From an uncultured Gammaproteobacteria bacterium (GTDB taxonomy: Bacteria > Patescibacteriota > Microgenomatia > Levybacterales > UBA12049): a stretch of DNA of 64,000 bases. Under the pieces are notes generated by a model. That model was not told the origin of the DNA and made no database searches. It worked only from the letters and a program-made list of their open reading frames with translations. Below, piece after piece: positions 1 through 9,579 of the stretch. Position 1 is the stretch's first letter. Each line of letters starts with the position of its first letter. Position numbers and translations under genes: made by a program. Location: positions 15,023 to 79,022 of the forward strand of contig CAZSWA010000001.1 of NCBI GenBank assembly GCA_964610465.1, in the 5' to 3' direction.

Positions 1-128
1 TGATGGGTATAGCAAAAGAATTCAGAGAGCCTACGATGAATTAGTCTGGATGGCACAAACTCTAAAATGGGGACGGAAACATGTTGCAAGTCTCTATCAT
101 ACACAAAGAAAAAGTATATAATTAGGAT

Positions 129-1658
129 ATGGTTCACTATACAACTAAAAATGTAGAAGGCAAACTTATTCTGTTTGCGACAATTTTGGCAAGCGGAATG
201 GCGTTTCTGGATGGGACAGTTGTGAATATCGCAATTCCTGCCATCCAAACGAAACTTAACGCTACAATTTCAGGAATTCAATGGGTAGTCAATGGATATT
301 TGCTTATGCTTTCAGCGCTTATCCTAATAAGTGGAGCACTCGGAGACAGGTTTGGGAGAAAACGTATTTTCCTTTTTGGCATAGGACTTTTTACTGTTTC
401 ATCATTTCTTTGCAGTATTTCTCATTCGATTGAACAATTGGCGTTATTTCGTGCAATACAAGGAATAGGCGGGGCAATGATGGTACCTGGAAGTTTAAGT
501 ATTATCAATTCTTCATTTGATGAAAAAGTTCGAGGACGGGTAATTGGCCTTTGGTCTGGACTTGCAGGAGGAGTTGCAGCACTTGGACCATTTGTGGGTG
601 GATGGCTCGTGCAATATTTTGGCTGGCCGGCAATTTTTTATATCAATATTCCAATTGGACTTCTTGCCTTATTTATTACCTTTCGTTTTGTGCCGGAAAC
701 CAAAAATAACGATGCAACAAGAGTAGATATTGTGGGTTCTGTACTTATTTTCTTATCTCTTCTAGGAATAGTCTATGCATTAATCTCAGGCACAGATATT
801 GGATGGACAAATCCACGTATACTTTTAAGTCTTATTGGTGGCATTGTGTTATTTGTAGTGTTTCTTATTGTACAAACCAAGATAAAAGAACCACTTGTTC
901 CACTTACGATTTTCAAATCTCCTTTGGTAACCGGTGCCAATATTGTCACACTCTTTTTGTACTTTGCGTTAAGTGGAGTTATATTTTTTCTTGTCTTAAA
1001 TCTTCAACAGGTACAGCATTATTCACCAATTATCTCAGGTCTTGGACTTTTACCTACCATTCTTCTTATTACTTTTCTTTCAGGACCTGCAGGAAGTTTA
1101 GCAGATAAAATTGGACCACGAATCCCAATGATCATTGGTCCGTTTATTGTTTCAATCGGGATGGCGCTTCTTGTACTTCCCGGAATCAATGCCAATTATT
1201 TTCTTGGCTTTCTGCCAGGACTTATTCTTTTTGGAATTGGAATGTCATTTGTAATAGCACCTCTTACCAAATCCGCTCTTTCAGTTGAGAATAAATATTC
1301 AGGTACTGCATCAGGAGTCAATAATGCTGTTGCCAGAATTGCAGGTCTTTTGGCTGTTGCCTTGCTTGGGGCAATAGTAGTATTTCTTTTTGGAATAAAA
1401 CTTAGAGAGCAGCTTTATGGGTCAAATATGAATAGTGCAGCCCAACAACAGATTCTTTCTCAAGAAAATAAACTAGGTGGGATAGAAATGCCGGCAAATT
1501 TTGATATACAAACCAAAGCACTTGGGCGTAGTGCCGTTGATGAATCATTTGTGTATGCGTTTCGGTGGGCGATGAGTATCAATGCAGTTCTTGCTTTCTT
1601 GAGTGCAGTGGTAGCATTTTTTACTATTCATCCAAATCGCGTAAAGCGTTCTTCTTGA
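129..1658 (+). CDS. MFS transporter, DHA2 (14-TMS drug:H+ antiporter, EmrB/QacA-like) family
   Basis: 509 aa, about 14 predicted TM helices. N-terminal MFS signature region (GMAFLDGTVVNIAIP...GALGDRFGRKR) and large loop between TMS 13-14 are typical of DHA2. Confidence 0.8.
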   Translation: MVHYTTKNVEGKLILFATILASGMAFLDGTVVNIAIPAIQTKLNATISGIQWVVNGYLLMLSALILISGALGDRFGRKRIFLFGIGLFTVSSFLCSISHSIEQLALFRAIQGIGGAMMVPGSLSIINSSFDEKVRGRVIGLWSGLAGGVAALGPFVGGWLVQYFGWPAIFYINIPIGLLALFITFRFVPETKNNDATRVDIVGSVLIFLSLLGIVYALISGTDIGWTNPRILLSLIGGIVLFVVFLIVQTKIKEPLVPLTIFKSPLVTGANIVTLFLYFALSGVIFFLVLNLQQVQHYSPIISGLGLLPTILLITFLSGPAGSLADKIGPRIPMIIGPFIVSIGMALLVLPGINANYFLGFLPGLILFGIGMSFVIAPLTKSALSVENKYSGTASGVNNAVARIAGLLAVALLGAIVVFLFGIKLREQLYGSNMNSAAQQQILSQENKLGGIEMPANFDIQTKALGRSAVDESFVYAFRWAMSINAVLAFLSAVVAFFTIHPNRVKRSS

Positions 1659-1689
1659 TAAATCGGAGGGAAAATAGCATAGTAAAAGT

Positions 1690-2049
1690 ATGAAAGAAGT
1701 CGTCAGACGCATTAATTATTTCTCAACTGCTTTTGTCAGTATTCTTGGCTTTTCTTTAACTTCTGAAATTTTTCAGGAAGATGATTTTGTGGATAAGATT
1801 GATGATATTCTCATGCTTCTTTTGAGCATTGGCGTGATTATCTGGTATAAGAAGAAAGGTTACAAAGCAGAAAAGACTGCTATGTCTTTACTTGCAGTAG
1901 GTATAGGATTAGTGATTAAAATTATAGCTATCGTCATTGAACACGCAGATAAAGAAGCAGTTGGAGATGATATCGGTATTATGGTTGGATTAGTCCTCGC
2001 ATTTGCCTTTGTCCTCTGGCACACTCTTGGTCTTCGAAAAACAAAATAA
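1690..2049 (+). CDS. small integral membrane protein, unknown function
   Basis: 119 aa ORF with 3-4 hydrophobic segments. No recognisable motif. Confidence 0.4.
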   Translation: MKEVVRRINYFSTAFVSILGFSLTSEIFQEDDFVDKIDDILMLLLSIGVIIWYKKKGYKAEKTAMSLLAVGIGLVIKIIAIVIEHADKEAVGDDIGIMVGLVLAFAFVLWHTLGLRKTK

Positions 2050-2077
2050 GATTCCTGAAAAAAAAGTGAGAGAAGAA

Positions 2078-2545
2078 TTATTGAACAATAAGAGTTCCCT
2101 TCATGCCCTTCTCAGCATGTGAATCAACGGTACACATATATTCAAATGTACCTACTTTATCAGCAGTAAACTCAATGCTATCTGTTTCTCCCGGTTGAAG
2201 AGTCTTAGTATGAAGATTTAAATCTGAAATGGTAAAGTTGTGAGGATATTTTCCTACATTCTTGAAAGTGATTTTTATTGTTTGACCTTTTTTAACCGTA
2301 ATACTTGACGGAGAAAATGAAAATTCGTTTCCTGCGACTGTAAGCTCTTGAGTCATCATGCTTGGAGATATACTGGAGGAAGAACTTGCTGATTCCTGCA
2401 TTGTAGTAGGCGATGCCGTCATTGCAGTTGGTGAAGGATTTGCAGCAACAGGTATCTGATGCATAATAGAGCTCCTTTGCATATAAAGCACAGCCACGCC
2501 ACCTAACAAAAGAAGAAGTACAATTACAATAATTACGTTCCTCAC
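2078..2545 (-). CDS. membrane-anchored cupredoxin (plastocyanin/azurin-like blue copper protein)
   Basis: N-terminal TM anchor, Ser/Thr/Pro-rich linker, C-terminal cupredoxin fold with type-1 Cu ligands (H..., C-T-V-D-S-H...M: YMCTVDSHAEKGMKG). Confidence 0.7.
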   Translation of the reverse strand: MRNVIIVIVLLLLLGGVAVLYMQRSSIMHQIPVAANPSPTAMTASPTTMQESASSSSSISPSMMTQELTVAGNEFSFSPSSITVKKGQTIKITFKNVGKYPHNFTISDLNLHTKTLQPGETDSIEFTADKVGTFEYMCTVDSHAEKGMKGTLIVQ

Positions 2546-2632
2546 ATTTTTACTATACAGTAATTATTATAAACATTGTGTAAGAAAAATAAAAGAGATT
2601 TATATATACTTTCAGCTGTTTTTCAGATTTGC

Positions 2633-2641
2633 TGGTATAAT
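2633..2641 (+). promoter_or_regulatory. extended -10 element (TGGTATAAT), 9 nt upstream of response-regulator start; near-leaderless
   Basis: Sequence tggtataat at 2633-2641; ATG at 2650. Confidence 0.3.
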
Positions 2642-2649
2642 CTGTAGTT

Positions 2650-3327
2650 ATGAGAATTTTAGTCATTGAAGATGAACATAAAATTGCCAATTCTATAAAA
2701 AAAGGTCTTGAGCATGAACGATATGCGGTAGATATAGTATATGAAGGTACAAGTGGATTTGACTATGCAAGAAGTGAGGAATATGATCTTATCATTCTTG
2801 ATAGATTGCTTCCTGGAATGGATGGGATAGACATCTGTAAAAATTTAAGAAGCCAAGGAATTCATACTCCTGTCTTAATGCTGACTGCCAAAGGACAAAT
2901 TGAAGATAAAGTAGAAGGGCTCAATAATGGAGCTGATGATTATATGGTGAAGCCGTTTGCATTTTCCGAATTATTTGCACGAGTACGCGCTTTAACCAGA
3001 AGACCAAAAGGAACTACAGACGCAGTTCTTACTATTGATAATTTATCCCTTAATACCATTACTTTTGAAGTAAAGCGGAATGGAAATTTAGTACAATTAT
3101 CCAGTAAAGAATTTTCACTGCTTGAGTATATGATGCGTCATCAAAATAGGATTCTTACTAAAGAACAAATTATGAATCATGTGTGGAGTTATGATGCTGA
3201 TGTATTACCAAATTCAGTTGAAGTCTATATTAAGCATCTTCGGGATAAAATAGATACTCCATTCTCATCGCCACATCTTATCCATACAATTCGCGGGTTT
3301 GGGTATAAAATAGGAATAGCTACCTAA
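2650..3327 (+). CDS. OmpR/PhoB-family two-component response regulator (receiver + winged-helix)
   Basis: 225 aa. Receiver motifs (D...DLIILD..LPGMDG...LMLTAKG), C-terminal winged-helix trans_reg_C. Confidence 0.85.
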   Translation: MRILVIEDEHKIANSIKKGLEHERYAVDIVYEGTSGFDYARSEEYDLIILDRLLPGMDGIDICKNLRSQGIHTPVLMLTAKGQIEDKVEGLNNGADDYMVKPFAFSELFARVRALTRRPKGTTDAVLTIDNLSLNTITFEVKRNGNLVQLSSKEFSLLEYMMRHQNRILTKEQIMNHVWSYDADVLPNSVEVYIKHLRDKIDTPFSSPHLIHTIRGFGYKIGIAT

Positions 3328-3328
3328 T

Positions 3329-4343
3329 ATGTTTGAATCAGCAAGACTTAAGCTTACTGCATGGTACCTCCTTATAATTATGTTTATCAGCATGTTGTTT
3401 AGTGTGGCATTCTATAATGCATCAACGCGTGAAATTCAAAGAGTTATTCGAAGATTACAATATATTCAGAATCAACTAAACACTGGTATTTTTTTTATCG
3501 CGCCACCTCTACCTAATGTCCCTACTGTTCAAGAATTACAAGAATCTGAATATCGGTTAATTCTTGTTCTTGTATTTATTAATACCGGTATTGTGCTTCT
3601 TGCTGGAGGAGCAGGATATTTTTTGGCTGGCAGAACTCTCAAGCCAATTAAGGAAATGGTTGATGAACAGAATAGATTTATTGCAGATGCATCTCATGAG
3701 TTAAGAACTCCGTTAACTGCACTTCGTTCTGAAATGGAAGCAAGTCTTTTTGAAAAACAAATGCGACCAAAAGATGTGAAAGCGCTTATCAAAAGTAATC
3801 TTGAGGAAGTGATGCATTTGCAGCTTTTATCAGATAATTTACTTCAACTTGCCCACTATCAAAATCAGAATACAAAATACACATTGAAAGATATTTCACT
3901 CCTTCAAGTAGTTGAGAATGCTTTAAAACGGATTACTCCAATAGCTAAAAGAAAACGTATCCTTATTAATAATGAAATAAATGATGTAACCTTAGTAGGA
4001 GATGCACATAGTCTCACTGAGCTTTTTGTAATTCTACTTGATAATGCAATAAAATATAGTGAACCAGAAAAACTAATTCTTCTTTCATCTAAAAAAAAAA
4101 GACAATTCGGTAGTTATTTCAGTTAGTGACAATGGAATAGGAATAGATAAAAAAGATATTTCTCATATCTTTGATAGGTTTTATAGAGTCAGTACATCAC
4201 GAACTAAAACAGATGCATCAGGATATGGTCTGGGATTATCAATTGCCAAAAAAATTGTTGATGAACATACAGGAATAATATCAGTACAAAGTGCATTAGG
4301 AAAAGGAACGACATTTACTATTAAGCTTCCTATAAAGCAATAA
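3329..4343 (+). pseudogene. sensor histidine kinase (HAMP-less, HisKA + HATPase_c) interrupted by a frameshift in an A10 homopolymer (3329-4126 and 4127-4343 frames)
   Basis: HisKA H-box (ASHELRTPLTALRSE) in first frame. G1/G2 ATPase boxes (VSDNGIGIDKKDISHIFDRFYRV...GYGLGLSIAKKIV...GKGTTFTIKLP) only readable after a -1 shift at aaaaaaaaaa (4089-4098). Confidence 0.7.
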
Positions 4344-4375
4344 TTCATACTTTTTATTCAGTTTAATTTCAGTTT

Positions 4376-4403
4376 TTGACAGTAGGATAAATTGATATAC
4401 AAT
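4376..4403 (+). promoter_or_regulatory. sigma70-like promoter (TTGACA-16-TACAAT) upstream of FMN-bind/apbE/oxidoreductase operon
   Basis: ttgaca 4376-4381, tacaat 4398-4403. Confidence 0.35.
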
Positions 4404-4423
4404 AGAAAATACATTATCCGTTT

Positions 4424-4891
4424 ATGAAAAAAATACTTGTTGGTGCTGCCATTTTTTTTGTCTTTATCGCATATGCGCTTTTTGAGAGACGAGGAAATAC
4501 ATTGTCATTATCAACCAATGTGAACAACAATACTGATACTACAAATACGAATATCAATAATCCTTCCGGTGCTCCTAGTCCTACAAGCAGTAATCAAAAA
4601 AAACAAGGGACATATAAAGATGGAACCTATACAGGAAATACAGAAGATGCTTTTTATGGAAATGTACAAATCCAAGTTACCATTAGCAATGGAAAAATAA
4701 CTGATGTTCAATTTCTACAATATCCAAATGATAGACGTGAATCAATGCAAATTAGTAATTATGCAATGCCTTCTCTTAAACAAGAAGCAATTCAAGCACA
4801 AATCGCGAATGTTGATATTGTAACAGGCGCAACTCAAACCAGTCAGGCGTTTATTGACTCACTCACTTCTGCACTCTCTCAAGCGCAATGA
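4424..4891 (+). CDS. extracytoplasmic FMN-binding domain protein (FMN_bind; substrate of ApbE flavinylation)
   Basis: 155 aa, N-terminal signal/anchor, low-complexity linker, FMN_bind domain with flavinylation motif D-I-V-T-G-A-T (DIVTGATQTS). Confidence 0.75.
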   Translation: MKKILVGAAIFFVFIAYALFERRGNTLSLSTNVNNNTDTTNTNINNPSGAPSPTSSNQKKQGTYKDGTYTGNTEDAFYGNVQIQVTISNGKITDVQFLQYPNDRRESMQISNYAMPSLKQEAIQAQIANVDIVTGATQTSQAFIDSLTSALSQAQ

Positions 4892-5628
4892 AACATACAC
4901 GTCTTCTCATGGGTATGCCCATAACAATCGAGATTGTTGATGAGACTGCAACAGTAAAAGATATCGAAGATATTTTCAGTTATTTTGTTTTAATTGATGA
5001 ACGTTTTAGCACATACAAACCAGAAAGTGAAATTTCTAAGATCAACAGAAGGGAAATTCAGGAAAAAGAGTATAGTCAAGATATGCGGGAAATCTTTTTA
5101 TTAAGTGAGCAAACCAAAAATGAAACAGATGGGTATTTTACTATTGTCCATAATGGACAAATTGACCCTTCAGGAATTGTCAAAGGCTGGTCAATTTTTA
5201 GAGCGTCTCAGATCTTACAACAGAAGGGATTTGCCAATTTTTATATCGATGCTGGTGGAGATGTGCAGGTATCTGGGAAAAATGCAAAAGGACAGATGTG
5301 GAAAGTTGGGATTAGAAATCCTTTTGATAGTACCACTATTGTCAAGACACTTAGACTTTCTGAGAAAGGAATAGCAACTTCAGGAACCTATGAGCGAGGA
5401 AAGCATATTTATAACCCACATCAAAAAGACGAAGTACAAAATATCGTAAGTATTACCGTAATTGGTCCTAATGTCTATGAAGCAGATAGATTTGCAACTG
5501 CTGCCTTTGCCATGGGAGACAAAGGGATTTATTTCATTGAAAAGCTTTCAGGCTTTGAAGGGTATATGATAGATAAAGATGGGAATGCAACAATGACAGG
5601 AGGTTTTAAACAGTATGTTTCAGAATAA
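4888..5628 (+). CDS. apbE: FAD:protein FMN transferase (ApbE family)
   Basis: 246 aa. ApbE family features (GIVKGWS, DAGGD, GIATSGTYERG). Start overlaps upstream stop (ATGA), indicating translational coupling. Confidence 0.8.
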   Translation: MKHTRLLMGMPITIEIVDETATVKDIEDIFSYFVLIDERFSTYKPESEISKINRREIQEKEYSQDMREIFLLSEQTKNETDGYFTIVHNGQIDPSGIVKGWSIFRASQILQQKGFANFYIDAGGDVQVSGKNAKGQMWKVGIRNPFDSTTIVKTLRLSEKGIATSGTYERGKHIYNPHQKDEVQNIVSITVIGPNVYEADRFATAAFAMGDKGIYFIEKLSGFEGYMIDKDGNATMTGGFKQYVSE

Positions 5629-7141
5629 AATTATAGAAAGTATTGATTATGTGCTTAACAGGGTTACCATGTATCGTTTGATACTCTACTATCTTATTGG
5701 TCTTCTGTGTGCAGCAATGGTTTTAAGCCTCATACATGCTCTTTCCTTTAGTCCATTTTCTCTGCTTGTTTCTGTAGTTTTTCTTCTGGTAATCTCATGG
5801 ATTGCCAACACCATTCTGGCAAAATTATTCAAAGCTCAAACCAATTTTGAATCAGTGTATATTTCCGCATTAATTCTCGCATTAATTGTAAGTCCAGCAA
5901 AAGTTTCTCATGATTTCGTTTTTTTGGGATGGGCTGCTGTCTGGACCATGGCATCAAAATATATTGTTACTCTTAATCGTAAGCATCTTTTTAATCCTGT
6001 TGCGTTTGGAGTGTGGTTTGCCGGGATAGGACTTCAGAATTCAGCCATCTGGTGGGTAGGAACTGGTGTCATGGTGCCATTTGTATTTCTCGGAGGGCTT
6101 TTAGTGGTAAGAAAAATTCAACGTGCAGATTTAGTAGCAAGTTTTTTACTTGTTGCACTTATCACCATGACTGGATTTAGTCTATTACATGGGAATAATC
6201 TTTTTACTTCTTTAACAAGAGAACTGTTGGAAACACCGCTTTTCTTTTTTGCATTTGTTATGCTTACTGAACCTCTGACAATTCCTCCAACCAATAAGTT
6301 GCAGCAGTATTATGGAGGAATAGTAGGATTTCTTTTTGCTCCTCAGGTTAATTTATTAGGATTTTTTACTACACCTGAACTTGCACTTCTTTTGGGTAAC
6401 CTTTTTGCCTATTATGTAAGCCCTAAAATAAAACTATTTTTGCATCTTAAAGAGAAAATACCGATTGGACCAAATATTTTTGATTATGTCTTTGTGCCCA
6501 ACAGGCAACCTTCATTTACTCCTGGACAGTATATGGAATGGACACTTGCACATCCTCATTCAGATGCAAGAGGTACGAGAAGATATTTTACGTTAGCATC
6601 ATCTCCTACTGAAGATACGGTACGAATAGGAGTACGATTTTACGATACAAAAAGCAGTTATAAAAAAAGGCTTCTTAGTCTTGACAGTAACAAGGAAATT
6701 ATTGCGTCGCAAATAAGCGGAGATTTTGTGTTACCTAAAGATGCATCTCAAAAATTGGTCCTTATTGCAGGAGGAATTGGCATAACTCCTTTTCGGAGCA
6801 TGATAAAGTATCTTTTGGATACCAATCAAAAGCGTACAATTACTTTATTCTATTCAGTGAAAAGTCCAGACGAGTTAGTGTATAAAGATATTTTTGATGA
6901 GGCAGCTGCCAAACTCGGAATAATTCCAATTTATACTGTTACAGATAAAAATGCGCAGTGGAATGGAAGAATGGGAAGAGTTACAAAAGAAATGATAGAA
7001 CAGGAAGTACCGGATTACAAAGAACGGATATTTTATCTTTCAGGACCGCAACAGATGGTTAAAGGATTTGAGCAGACTCTAAAGGATATGCATATCCCGG
7101 AGAAGTACATTAAAAAAGACTATTTCCCAGGTTTTGTATAA
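5615..7141 (+). CDS. membrane-anchored FNR-like NAD(P)H oxidoreductase (polytopic N-domain + FAD-binding FR-type + NAD-binding domain)
   Basis: 508 aa. About 8 TM helices, then ferredoxin-reductase-type motifs R-x-Y-T-L-A-S (RRYFTLASSP) and GGIGITPF. Overlaps apbE by 14 nt. Confidence 0.7.
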   Translation: MFQNKIIESIDYVLNRVTMYRLILYYLIGLLCAAMVLSLIHALSFSPFSLLVSVVFLLVISWIANTILAKLFKAQTNFESVYISALILALIVSPAKVSHDFVFLGWAAVWTMASKYIVTLNRKHLFNPVAFGVWFAGIGLQNSAIWWVGTGVMVPFVFLGGLLVVRKIQRADLVASFLLVALITMTGFSLLHGNNLFTSLTRELLETPLFFFAFVMLTEPLTIPPTNKLQQYYGGIVGFLFAPQVNLLGFFTTPELALLLGNLFAYYVSPKIKLFLHLKEKIPIGPNIFDYVFVPNRQPSFTPGQYMEWTLAHPHSDARGTRRYFTLASSPTEDTVRIGVRFYDTKSSYKKRLLSLDSNKEIIASQISGDFVLPKDASQKLVLIAGGIGITPFRSMIKYLLDTNQKRTITLFYSVKSPDELVYKDIFDEAAAKLGIIPIYTVTDKNAQWNGRMGRVTKEMIEQEVPDYKERIFYLSGPQQMVKGFEQTLKDMHIPEKYIKKDYFPGFV

Positions 7142-7485
7142 AGCATGTTTTTTAAGTTCATTTTCAGTTTATACTTCTACAATAGCATAACTATATGATT
7201 TAAAATAAATGTATGAAGACAATAGTACAAAAATTATCTTCTAGTTTGATTGCATGCTTCCTCTCGTATCCTGTGGTTTTAGTAAATTCATCAAGAATAA
7301 CTATTTTCTCTTTCTTTTTTGCATGATTTAAGGAGGCAACATACTCTTTATCTCCTTTCATCACCCCCTTCCTCTTTCGGTGTCAATTACTCGTGAGGCA
7401 ACAATGATACTACGGTGTCATTCTTAATGAGTCAAATCGCCTATCGTGAAACTGTTGTAGTATTTGGTATAATAGCGAAGTTGTA

Positions 7486-9555
7486 TTGAGAAGGTTATTT
7501 CAAATGAAAACAAAGCTCTCAGCTTCAAAAATACACAAGAGCGACAGTTCCACAAGTACTCATAAAGCACTGGATAGTAAAAAATATTTCCATGCACTTA
7601 TTGAGCATAGTTCTGATGCTATTGCTCTTATTAATCCTGTTGGAAAAGTACTCTATGCTTCAGCTTCTACAAAGCAAATTTTAGGATATACACAGAAAGA
7701 ATTTGTGGGAATGAATGGGTTTGCTTTGGTACATAAACAAGATCTTCCAAAGGTCATGAAGGAGTTATCAAAAATACTTCTTCATAAAGGGAGTACTGTA
7801 GTAGTTGAGGTAAGAGTAAAACATAAGAAAGGGTATTATATTTGGGTTGAAGCCAAGGGAACTAATCTGCTCTTTGATAAAAATGTTGGTGCTATTGTCG
7901 CTAATTTTAGAGATATTACTGAACGAAAAAATACAGAAGAAAAACTCAAAGCAAACGAAGAGCAGTTCCGTTTACTTTTGGAACATAGTGCAGATGCAAT
8001 AACACTTATCGATAAAACAGGAAAAAGAATCTATTCAACACCTTCCCGGAAAAATATTTTGGGATATGATACAAATGATGATATTGGAGAAAGCGTATTT
8101 ACCAATATTCATCCAGATGATGTAAATATAGTCAAAAAAAATTTTTCAGAGGTAGCAAAATATCCAAACAAAAGTCTTAGCCTTGCGTTTCGTATAAAAC
8201 ATAAAAAAGGTCACTGGGTTTGGATAGAAACAACAGGAACAAATCTTTTGCATGTTCCTCATATTGAAGCAATTGTTGTAAATTATCGTGATATTACGAA
8301 AAGGAAAGAAGATGAGGAACGCAATAAATTTCTCGAACAAGCAAGCAATATTCTTGGTACATCAATTGATTATGAAGTCACATTAAAAAATATTGCAGAA
8401 CTTATTGTTCCAAGACTCGCAGATTATTGCCGCATTGTTACTGTTGATGAAAATAAAATAATAAAAGAAATCGCAGTAAAACACGTCAATCCTAAAAAAC
8501 AGAAACTTGTCAGGGAACTTTATAAAAATTATAAAGATGGAGTAAAAACTACTCATGGAGTAGAAAAAATGCTTCAAACTGGAAAATCAGAACTTATGAA
8601 AGAAGTAAATGAAGAAATTTTAGAAGTTTTTAAAGATTCTCCTCAATTGATAAAAGTAATAAGACAATTAGGACTTATTTCTTATATGGGCGTCCCAATG
8701 AAAATTGGTGAAAAAATTGTAGGCACTATTGTTTTTTCGTCAGTACAAAAAGAAAGATTATATACGCAAGAAGATTTACGTCTTGCTGAGGAATTAGCAA
8801 GACGAGCTGCCTATGCAGTTGAAAATGCACGACTTTATACAAATGAACAAAAAGCAGTAAAACTTCGTGATGAATTCATTTCAATTGCCTCGCATGAGCT
8901 TAAAACTCCAATTACCAGTCTTAAACTCTATACAGAAATTTTACAAAGACAACTTGATAAGCAGAGTGAATTAAGTGGAGCGACCCAACCTTTAGAAAAA
9001 ATGCAAGATCAGATTAATAAGCTTACGGCACTTATCAATGATTTACTCAATGTGTCACGAATTGAGTCGGGGAAATTGATTTTCAATAACGAACGTTTTT
9101 CTCTTATGGAAGTAATCAAAGAAACAGTTGAGATAGTTCAATCCAATGCACTAAAACATAGAATTATAGTAAAGGGAACTATAGATAAGAAAGTATATGG
9201 AGATAGATATCGAATTTATCAGGTGTTGGCAAATCTTCTCTTAAATGCAATAAAATATTCTCCAAATGCTGATGAAGTTATTGTGCATGTAATGCCAGGT
9301 AAAAAAGAAGTAACTGTTGCAGTACAGGATTTTGGAATTGGGATTGATGAAAAACAACAACATAAAATATTTAATCGTTTTTATAGAGTAGATAATCCAC
9401 AAGAGAAAACTTTTCCAGGACTTGGACTCGGACTGTATATTTCCAATGAAATTATCAAGAGACATGGAAGTGTAATTCACGTAGTGAGCAACAGAGGAAG
9501 CGGTTCTGAGTTTAGTTTCACACTTCCATATGCAGAGAAAATGAAATTAAATTAA
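7486..9555 (+). CDS. soluble multi-sensor histidine kinase (2x PAS, GAF, HisKA, HATPase_c)
   Basis: 689 aa. Repeated PAS-like blocks (HSSDAIALINPVGK / HSADAITLIDKTGK), H-box SHELKTPITSL, G-boxes (DFGIGIDEK...GLGLGLYIS). Confidence 0.8.
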   Translation: MRRLFQMKTKLSASKIHKSDSSTSTHKALDSKKYFHALIEHSSDAIALINPVGKVLYASASTKQILGYTQKEFVGMNGFALVHKQDLPKVMKELSKILLHKGSTVVVEVRVKHKKGYYIWVEAKGTNLLFDKNVGAIVANFRDITERKNTEEKLKANEEQFRLLLEHSADAITLIDKTGKRIYSTPSRKNILGYDTNDDIGESVFTNIHPDDVNIVKKNFSEVAKYPNKSLSLAFRIKHKKGHWVWIETTGTNLLHVPHIEAIVVNYRDITKRKEDEERNKFLEQASNILGTSIDYEVTLKNIAELIVPRLADYCRIVTVDENKIIKEIAVKHVNPKKQKLVRELYKNYKDGVKTTHGVEKMLQTGKSELMKEVNEEILEVFKDSPQLIKVIRQLGLISYMGVPMKIGEKIVGTIVFSSVQKERLYTQEDLRLAEELARRAAYAVENARLYTNEQKAVKLRDEFISIASHELKTPITSLKLYTEILQRQLDKQSELSGATQPLEKMQDQINKLTALINDLLNVSRIESGKLIFNNERFSLMEVIKETVEIVQSNALKHRIIVKGTIDKKVYGDRYRIYQVLANLLLNAIKYSPNADEVIVHVMPGKKEVTVAVQDFGIGIDEKQQHKIFNRFYRVDNPQEKTFPGLGLGLYISNEIIKRHGSVIHVVSNRGSGSEFSFTLPYAEKMKLN

Positions 9556-9579
9556 AAACTTGACAAATAGGAAAGAGTA

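Noticed and set aside
544-1108. ORFs 544-726 and 803-1108 (+) inside the MFS transporter gene
   Set aside because: Alternative frames nested within a well-supported CDS; low-complexity translations with no motifs.
4511-5374. ORFs 4511-4711 (-) and 5105-5374 (+)
   Set aside because: Nested in or antisense to the FMN-bind and apbE genes, which have clear domain signatures.
8146-9480. Three minus-strand ORFs (8146-8340, 8383-8577, 9241-9480)
   Set aside because: Antisense to the PAS/GAF histidine kinase; AT-rich frame artefacts (F/I/N/K-rich).
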